64,000 nt of DNA from the human T2T-CHM13v2.0 reference genome, Homo sapiens, in NCBI RefSeq assembly GCF_009914755.1, contig NC_060927.1; one strand, written 5' to 3'. The notes under the pieces were generated by a model. That model did no database searches, had not been told where the DNA came from, and saw only the letters and a list, made by a program, of their open reading frames with translations. Positions within the stretch are counted from its first letter, which is position 1. Every line of letters starts with the position of its first letter. A program made the position numbers and the translations under genes. Below, piece by piece: positions 54,715 to 64,000 of the stretch.

Positions 54715-54880
54715 TTATGCATACACCAGCTCAGTAAGCAAGATAGATATGAATAATTATCTCCATTTTGCAGAGAAGAAAATGGAGATAGAGGTTATAT
54801 TTAATTTGGGTTTACATAAGAAGTAAATGGAACAGTCAGTCAGGACTACATCTTAGGTCTTACAGTTCTAATCTTAGTGT
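54715..54880 (-). mobile_element. MIR
   Basis: 'attatctccattttgcagagaagaaaatggagatagaggtta' core. Confidence 0.7.
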
Positions 54881-56739
54881 ACATGGCCTCTTGGTCTGTA
54901 AAATGCAATTACATGATACCCAGAGATACTGAACTTTTAGGTTGTACATCCAAAATAAAGAGAGGAACGCCTTAGCTGGAACAAAAAGAAGAGTATATGT
55001 AACTTAAGATCTTTCATTGTGCTATGCCTCTTCCATGTTTGAGTTACAGGGTTTTCGTGTGGTCACTAAGTAAAGAAAACAGGGGGATGAGTTGATGCTT
55101 GCTAGGTGGGGTTGTTGGCCCTGACCTGACTTGGACTTCTCAGAAATATCACAGTGTTAAGAATAATCAATTTTGATCTTACAACTGCAGCAGCCCTAAT
55201 AGATGAAGAGTGGTTTATTTTTTTTTTAAGTCTATGTTGTTTCAAGCCAGCTAGAGCGTTGCTTTGTTAATCAAATAAACTATTATTTGTTTCTGAAACA
55301 GTGGGGGAGGGAAAATATAAACATAATAACTGATAATGTCATAATTACACAAATGAGTTTTTAATACTCCTCCAGAGAGATTGAACCTTCTAAACCACAG
55401 AGTTCACTCAGAAGAGGTGAGGAAGAGGAAATGAGGACTAAAACTTGAGTTAACAGCATCCCTAGGGGAGTTTTCATCTCTTTATCTAGTAAGGATTCAG
55501 GAACAATATTTTTCCTAAAAGGCACGATTTGTGAAAGAAAACAATAAGGTGACTTTAAGGGAGAACCAGAGCCTCTAGTAAGTTCTAGGAGGCCACGGTG
55601 TCTCCAGCATTTTGCATAATGCATGGCACAGGTTAAATGTTCAACAGTTAATTATTAAAATCAAAAGATATACTCTAATATTTCATTAAAGGCAGTTTAG
55701 GAAAGACAACTTAAGACATAACTCGATACAAAAGCAAAAAATAGCTTAAATTATCTGTTGTGAAAGCATCTAAAACATGCATTGACAAGGAAAATAGGTA
55801 ATTTTGTTCCATGGAAAAAAAAATACCATCCATTCCTGCAGCACTTTTTACATTTAATACCTTCTTCTGAAAGTCATTATCCGTCCTGTTGAACAAAGAC
55901 TATTGGGAAAAGATCTTAAAGACTAGATGAGACAAGCTTGCCTGTACTAAAACAGAGGAATTGTCTTTGGCGTCAAGGAAGCCGACCAGTAGTGTGAGGG
56001 ATCTGGCTCCATTGAGCTTCATGGACAGGGTGTGAGGTCTGTAAATGTGTATTCTCAGGTTTTGTCCTTAACTACCTTATGTCTCATTGATCTTTACAAC
56101 TCTTTTCAAATAAGTGCCCTTGAAATCTCTGGTGCTTTAAGAGATCAAGCAATGTTCCTGATCCTTCAGAAATTTCCCAAGGAGCTGAAATTTTACTACC
56201 TGCTTTTTGAGGATTGCACCAACCCATTACCTTCTCATCAGCTGTAATGGTTATCCCACCTCTCTGTTGGGAAAATGAAACTTCTATGATCAAAGGTGAT
56301 CTACAAACATATGGTTGATAGGAATCTTAACACAATAGACCATCACGTCTGCTACTGGCAGACATTATTGTCCATTGGTGTTTATTTTCAATGTTAAAGA
56401 AATAAAGATCACACCAAGGAATTATAGTGGGAAGGGCTTTGGTTATATAAATACATGGTCTTTGTTTCTAATAAAAGAGAATGGTATGTGTATGTATAAA
56501 TGATAGATGTATATAACACTGCCCACCTCACATACATGAAATTTTGTCCTAAATTTTGCTATGCGTATGAAGGACAGAGTAGATATATTGTTTTAAAATA
56601 GATGTCATGTCAACATAGTTTGGTATCTTTTGAGCTATCCTTTGTTTAAGGCAATTATTGACTAAACATATTGCAGCTTGAAAATATATTTACTTTTTCC
56701 AATCTCCACTGTGTTAGAACTGGAACGAAACTTAAATTA

Positions 56740-56880
56740 GAAGTCATATTTTTTCATCTTGCAAATAAGGAAAGTGAGGCACAGATAGATAGGCTGAGTG
56801 CTAAGGTCAAAGCTAATAAAAAGGAATATTATGACTGGAAGTCATCTTTAATTTCTAGTCTTATGCTTTTCCCCTCCACC
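56740..56880 (-). mobile_element. MIR
   Basis: 'catcttgcaaataaggaaagtgaggcacaga...ctaaggtcaaagctaataa' core. Confidence 0.65.
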
Positions 56881-58967
56881 TATACTCACTAAAATCGAAT
56901 CAATTATACAACTCTTAGGTTTGGTTGCATAATTTAATTAAATGTCAGAATTTAAACAATACAAAATCCAAATATTTTTTGACAACAATTTCAGTGTGTT
57001 CTTCCTTATAACACTACATCTCTTAAATCATTAATTATTACAATGATGTGGATTTTTTTAGTGTACCTAAAAATTTTGAGGGTGCTAGACTTAAACATAT
57101 ATTAATATATATAGAAGGTTGGCGATATGGCACAACGTCTAGCACATAGTTGGATCTCCGGAAAAGTGAGTTAAATAAATATATTCATTAACTTGATGCA
57201 GAAACATGAAAGGGATCAAGTATTTGACCAAACCATAAAAAGTACATGGAATTTCAGAAATGTCTGTCTCCTCGGATTAAGAGGAGTTTGTATGTGTTAT
57301 AAAATATCAGGGGGTATTAGAAAGTGACTAACTTGCCTAGGGGTTAAGAAACACGGGTTCTAGTTGATCTTTGTGGTAACTATCTAGCCATGAAACTTCT
57401 CTTCATTGCTGTAACTTCCTAAGTTGTAAAATAAGAAATTTGGAGCCGGTGGGATTCCCAGGTGCTTTTCACAGCAGCGGCTCCGCGATTCTCTTCACTT
57501 AGGCCCTGGTACTGGTTTACTCAGGCTGTCATAACCAAGAATCTCATCCTAGTCTCAGAACTCTGGGACTCAGAATTCTCATCCATAACATTGAACCAGA
57601 TTGTCTCTTAAGTTCGTTCCAACTCTAACAGAAGGATGGAAGGAAATTGATGAATATGATTTCAAGGAAGTGGTATGTGAAGCAAAAGAGTGGAGAAGGC
57701 ACAAGGGAAAAGAGACTAGAGGTAGCTGTTGTGTTGCTCGTACCCAGATATCATATCAGCTCCCTCAAAGGTTTGATGTAGGTAATATGATTCTAACAAT
57801 AAAACATTATTGAAATCTGTAAGTTTCAGGTGGACCTTTTTAAAATGTTTTAAACATTTATGAGAATACTTAAAATAGACTCTTTCCAAATTACCGAAAG
57901 TAGTATCCTCTATTTTTCCTATTGTAAAATAGTTTCTGATTACCTGCTGGCAAACTTTAGCCTCTGATTTTTTTAATGGGCACACCATGGCTGAAAATAA
58001 ATATCTGGTTTTAAAAGAAGATGTGGTTTTTAAAAATGAGTATAGCAAAATGCCAAGAACACTTCTTCTATAGCCAACCTCCTGAGTTTCTGGCTTCAAG
58101 AAAAGGCTGGTAGAAAACAGGTGTCACTAATCACCATGCAATCTGGGATCTCCAGCTGAAGGTAGAGAGATCCCCAACCAGCTGTTTTCTCCTCTGATTA
58201 AAAATTCCTTCATATTCAACTACTAACCTTTTGCTCTTACACACACACACATTTTATATTTTCTACGCATACGTTGCAGGGGCTGGGGGAAATGAATGGA
58301 TTAGCAGTATCTTACCTCTGAGTCGGTAAGTTAAAGAGTGTGTATATAAAGTGGAATAATGAATTATTTAGCTGATAACAAACATGATATAAAATTCCAT
58401 TTATTGGATAGTCAATTCAATTTTATTAGTTTTAGAGTTATATGAATTATTTTTAACAGAATGCAAAAAATATTTCATATTTGCAGATTTGTTTTTAATA
58501 TGGTACATTTATTGTTCTACAACCTTGTATCTTTTTTTTATACTTTGTGGAATGTTTTAAGTATTTGATTGGAAAATGAGGCAGTTTGATTAAGAAGGAA
58601 ATTATGCACCTTCTACATCAGGAACACATGAAAGCCTGAATGATCCCTGTATTTTACCTCTTCTTTCTTTTCTAGCCTGGTACTGTCTCTAACCCTTTTA
58701 ACAATATGTCCTTTTTCAAAGGTAATTAATTACACCAGATCACTCTTAACTAGGGATCAATTTGTTAAACACAAATAGCAGTGGACAAACCCTTATTTGC
58801 ATGCCTCTTCAAAAAGGAACAATTGTATAAGCTATATACGATTACTTTGAAATCAAACCTTAGAGAAAAAAATAAGCCTTTCTGAGTAAGAGAGTTCAGA
58901 TTAGGCTCAGCTCTGTTTCTCTCATTTCTCATTTCTATTGGATGAGCATTTACATCTCCTTGCATGC

Positions 58968-59100
58968 AGGGTGACCATACATTCCAGTTTGCCTGCGAGA
59001 GTCCCAGTTTAAGTGAGCTGCCTCGCCATCCTGTTGTGTGATTATTCCTTTTCAGCCTCAAAAGTGTCCTGGCTGGGAAAATATATTATATGATTCTTTA
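58968..59100 (+). mobile_element. MER94-like hAT-Blackjack element
   Basis: agggtgaccatacattccagtttgcctgcgagagtcccagtt...ttcagcctcaaaagtgtcctggctggg...attatatg. Confidence 0.75.
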
Positions 59101-59364
59101 CCATATGGCATATAACCATTCCACAAATTGGTTATTCCAGATAAGTGTAAAATAAGAATTTTTGTTGCCGTTACTTGCCAATTTAAATATTATATACTGT
59201 CTTTTTTCTCTGATCTAGACTTTTGGTGTTATGTCTTCTCACCTAAATGAGTAATACTCTTAAGAGATTTGCAGAAAGGCAAAGTCCTGTGGTCTTCTGA
59301 AAATGTGAATGTTATTTGGTTAAAGTTGTGACTTTGTATAATGCAATAAATAGTCAACATGTCT

Positions 59365-59560
59365 TGATAGAACATTGAATTTAGAATATTGGGTGGCTGA
59401 GTTTTGACCTTGGGATATTTAACTTTCTAAGGCTCCATTTCCTCTTCTACCATGTGAGGATAGAAAGGTTTTTTGAAAATTTGTAAGAATTGAGGTATTG
59501 TATTTCTGGTACCCAGTTCAGTGTTTGATAGATAGCCAGTACAGAAAATATGGTAATGAT
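59365..59560 (+). mobile_element. MIR fragment
   Basis: 'tgaccttgggatatttaactttctaaggctccatttcctcttct'. Confidence 0.55.
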
Positions 59561-61309
59561 CATAAACTTTTTTTTATCTAATAAGATCATGAGACATTTA
59601 TGGGAATCAATAGAGAAAAACAGTTTTTTTTTTTCATTTTCAGAAGACATTCTCCAAACCGAGTAGAGTTCAACCTAAGTTGAACTTCATAATGTGGAGG
59701 AGTCCTTATTAGATTCTGAGATTAATATTCATTCAGGCATTTAAAAATATGGATTTTTTAAGCATTTAGACAATTAGAACTAAAGATGGAACAGAAATTC
59801 TAAAACCTCTTTTAAAGCTATTTTATGCAATTGCCTTTGTTTCTGATGAATTTGAACAATTTTAGGGTGAACAACATGTTGCAAGAATAATATTATACGA
59901 CTTAAAAATAAAGATTTTTGATTTGTCAAGTAACAAATTTGTATAAAAAATACAATAGAATGTACCTTTGTATAAATCAAATATTTATGCAATAAAATTA
60001 AGCAATAATATGTTCTTTAATTGCTTTTGTTCTTCTCCACAATGAGAATCCAGCTGTTTTTTTTTTTTTTTTAACATGAGTGAACTGTTTCTGAGAAGCA
60101 AGTAACATTGAAAATATACTCAGTATTTACATGGACAATCAAAACTAACTGCAAACAACCATCTTTTGGTCGGATTATAAATTGTATCCTAAGTTTGGAA
60201 TTAAAAATGAGGTTCATGACAGAGGAACATTTTCTCAGTGTTTAATCAGAATATACACTTCACGTTCTGGTTTTACCTATGATTCGAAAAAGTTGTTTAT
60301 TCTCAGAACTTGAACATTCATAACAACCTCTTCTTGATGCTTATTATTTTAAAGAACACACTTTATTACAGAGGCTCTACAGTGCCTAAATGGGCAAGTG
60401 TATCGCACTGAGGAAAAAGAGATGCAGAATATGGTTACTGGTTCCCAGGGTTACCTATATTGTGTTATTTTCATTTATATTTCAACAATGACAAAGTGTA
60501 ACATTTCCCCAACCTCTTTCATTCATATCAGAAGGAGTATTGTTCACGATGCCTGCTTGAAATCCTTCATGTTACAATTTACAATATAAATTGGTAAATT
60601 AATTAAGCTAATAAAATTCAGTTTAATTAAAAAGTTAATTCAAAAGTTAGTAGGCATTTCCATAGCAGCTAACTATCTTAGTCTTTGTTAAACAAAGGCA
60701 ATAACATGTAAAAATTATCTTCCTTAGAAGACAATTGAAAATACTATCTTTAATGCGTGAACATTCTTAACATCAATCACGCACTAAAAGGTTTTGTCAT
60801 ATACCTGTTGATTTTAAGAGTTATTACAAAGTAGACAAGTTGAAAGCATTTGTCTAATGATGCCAACTACCCATTGCACCTACTTCTCTGGAATGTTGTG
60901 AGGCTCAAAGTGAAATAATGTATGCAAAATTAAATGATAAAATGATATATGTAAAGCTTATTTAGTCAATTAACATTGATATTGAACGGCTACCATGTGC
61001 CAGCCAATGTCTCAGGCACTTAGTAGCTGACTACAGCTACTTCTAGCTGTCCATTATTTATTTCAACTCTTCATATCAGATAAATATCTATATTTACATC
61101 TATTCACCTATCTATATTTCAGACTGACTTGTTAACATTAATTACTTATTCAATCCTCCTTTTAAAAAATATTTTCCATCATCTTTTTTTTTACATGTTT
61201 CCTCCTCTTCAAGACTTGATTTATGTTCTTTCAACTAATTCATAAAAACCAACACAAAGGTCTCTACTACGGCTTTGAAAGCTAACTGGAACCTCATTGT
61301 GCATTCATA

Positions 61310-61457
61310 ATTTGTTGATTTTAGTGTTCATAGGGATCACCTGGGGATCTGGGTAAACTGTGGAATCGTATTCAGTGGACCTCAGATTCTGCATTTCTAA
61401 CAAGCTCCAAACTGCTGCCATTGCTGCTGCTTTGCCAGCGCAGTTTGAATAGCAAGG
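61310..61457. mobile_element. MER5A-like hAT-Charlie element
   Basis: 'gatcacctggggatctgggtaaa...attctgcatttctaacaagctcc...tgctgctg...tttgaatagcaagg'. Confidence 0.78.
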
Positions 61458-62504
61458 CTCTATTGCATTGAGCCTGTGGATCAGAGCCGCATTTGCTCTT
61501 GCTATACTATTGTCCTCCATCCCATTTATTTTTGACAGACCTTCTTCTTATAAATAATTACATTTTTGAGATATAAACAAAATCCTGCATATTTATTCCA
61601 ACTTTAACATATCCCTTGGCCGGGAAATTTTAACAACAAAGAATCTTCGTTTTATACTTTATCTAGAAAACTCTCACATTAATTAGCCAACTCACACACA
61701 GTAAAATCAGAAGACCATTTGATGCAAGCTTTGTGTGTTTTGTCCTTTGAGAATTAGAATATAGAATCTAATCTCCCTGTTGCTTTCTCTGTTTTGATTA
61801 CTGTATGTAAATGCAAATACTGAACGACTGAAACATAACCCAAAACATGTCACGGCTAAGTTAAATTATGTCAACACCTGATTTCAATCCAATTTCATTT
61901 GTTTCATGTAAGCATTGTATTGAGCATCCATAGTTTGTTTAAACATGCTTCCTTTCTGCTCCACATTCTATTGTAACTGTATGCAGTTCTGACTACTTTA
62001 AAATATTTTAATCATACTGTATTTATTGTTTGAAAATATTTGCACAGATTTTTAATAATACTAATGTTTACTTTCCAATTGTTTCATGAGTTACAGTATT
62101 AATATTAAATGACCATTTATACAAACTCTTGACCATGATTAAAACATCATTCAATTGCCTGCCTGACTTAATTTTCCAGGCTCATCTTTTACTACCACTT
62201 ATATATCTTAGGCTATAGCTTTATCAAGTTTAATTCAGTATTTTTGTTCATGTTTCATGCCATCTCAAATGCTTTCAGAATGACATTGTCTTCTGTAAGG
62301 GAGAGGTCTGGCCACCTGTCTATCAAAACTCCCTCCCAGATGCCTCTCTAACCTCAAACTTTTTCAGCCACCTCTCTAATCTCCTATGCAGTAAAGTTCT
62401 TCCACAGCCCACCCTGTACATACTTCTGTTACAGTACACTTAGCAAGACTATTTCCAACTCTATGCATATATATTTTGCCTTTCTTGATAGACTTGCTGG
62501 CAAG

Positions 62505-62726
62505 TTTTAATTTTTTTTAATTTTCATATTTATAGATTTATGGGATACAAAAGTGCAGATTTATTATGTGCATATATTGTGTGGTGGTGAAGCCTGGGCT
62601 GTTAGTGCACCCTTCACCCAAATAGTGAACATTGTACCCAATAGGTAATTTTTCAACCCTCATCCCTCTCCGACCCTTCCACCCTCTGCAGTCTCTAATG
62701 TCTATTGTTCCACTCTGTATGTCCAT
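62505..62726 (-). mobile_element. LINE-1 3' tip (L1MA1/PB4-like)
   Basis: T-tail followed by 'gggatacaaaagtgcagatt...ggtgaagcctgggct...cacccaaatagtgaacattgtacccaataggtaatttttcaaccctc...tccactctgtatgtccat'. Confidence 0.9.
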
Positions 62727-62994
62727 TTTCTTTAATAGTTGGATTCTCAGTATCTTGATTCAGGGCTTTCATACATCAGTGCCCAACTATATCTTGTTGA
62801 ATTTTTTTATTAGATAATAGGCAGCTAAACTTTAAATATGAAATACATAACATCTTTTTTATTTTCAAGTCAAGTATAGTTACAGCATGAGAACTACATA
62901 CCTGGTTGTCAAGGAAAACATGGGAAAAACTTTTCATTAAGTTTCTTAGTAGAAGGGTCAGAATTTAGTGGGGTACCCCAGACTGAACCCAGAG

Positions 62995-63532
62995 TGTGGT
63001 GGTTTTTGAAAAGAGTTGAAAATTCTTTGATACTCCTACTGTTGAGATGTGGGGTTGATGTCTCCTCCCATTGAATCTGGGCAGGATCGTGAGTGCTTTG
63101 ACCAATAAAGGATGATAGAAATGATGCTGAATGACTTGCAACGTTACTTCATAAAAGGTCCTATAGCTACCACCTGGTTCTCTTGGCACACTCACTGTGG
63201 AGGGAGCCATATACAATGAGACCTTCCTGTTGGAGAGGCCATCTGTAAGTGCTCCACTTGAAAGCCCAGCTGAGCTCCCAACCAAGAGCCAGTATGTGCT
63301 GCCTGCCAGGTTAGTAAATCATTACGGATGTCCAGTTCAGCTAACATTTCAGATGGGTGCAGCCAGCATCAGCTGACGTCTGATTACTAGTGTGTGAGAC
63401 ACTCCAGGTGCAAACTATTAAGCCAAGTTCTGCCCCAATTCCTGACCTACAAAATGAGAGCAAAATAAAAGGACTGTTTCGAGGCACCCACTTTTGGGAC
63501 AATTTGTTACACATCAATCGTAACTGGAATCA
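62995..63532 (+). mobile_element. MLT1G-like MaLR solo LTR
   Basis: tgtggtggttttt...aaattctttgatactcct...ttgaatctgggcagg...gctttgaccaata...cagctgagctccca...aattcctgacctacaaaa...gtaactggaa. Confidence 0.82.
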
Positions 63533-64000
63533 ACCTAGCGTCAGGATTAGGACTCAGATCCCAACTTTATTTGCATGCTTCTAGGAAACCTACTCTTCCT
63601 TTTTAGATCTCAATTAATCATTTGGTAATTATTAACAGTAATAACTTACATTTTCAAAATACTTTTATCTACCTAGTCACATTTCTAAATTCACAAATCG
63701 AATAACTGTCATTGTTATTGTGCCTGAAACCATTGCCTGAAGTCTCAGAATTAGGCTTCTGCAACACAAGCACTTGAACCCAAGACTTACTATGGGTTCT
63801 GTATAAGTCAACGAAACCTCCAACCTAAAAATTTGCGTACACTCCTACCTCTGACCCACTTCACCTACAATGAGAATTATCTATTAAATTGATGATCTCT
63901 AAAATCTGATCTGGCTCTTTGATTCCAAGACTATATAATGCTTAGATAATAATAATTCCTTTCCATTTCAATCTATGGACGTAATGGAGGAAGTAATAAT

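Overview
This is primate, almost certainly human, nuclear genomic DNA. It is AT-rich and CpG-depleted, and it reads as intronic or intergenic. I find no credible protein-coding gene, RNA gene, CpG island or prokaryotic-type system. Every ORF in the track is explained by Alu sequence, decayed LINE-1 ORF2, a stop-free minisatellite, or chance. The window is a layered record of transposable elements: 11 Alu or Alu-monomer copies (J, S, Y), about 11 LINE-1 3' fragments (L1ME to L1PA2/3), about 7 MaLR LTRs (THE1D, MLT1), hAT and Tigger DNA transposon relics, and many L2/MIR remnants. Subfamily names are assigned from remembered consensus diagnostics, not from a search. I do not see a new biological system. 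The observations most worth checking are: (1) neighbouring inverted L1 3' ends that share rare non-consensus variants, suggesting local gene conversion; (2) a nested L1-in-L1 with two TSD pairs and a twin-priming inversion that skips about 1.6 kb; (3) a 28-bp x 28 minisatellite with a higher-order variant pattern, open in all three + frames and G-rich on the - strand; (4) two local dispersed duplications about 1.7-1.9 kb apart; (5) a tailless Alu that still has its TSD; and (6) a few candidate regulatory or splicing elements in unique sequence.
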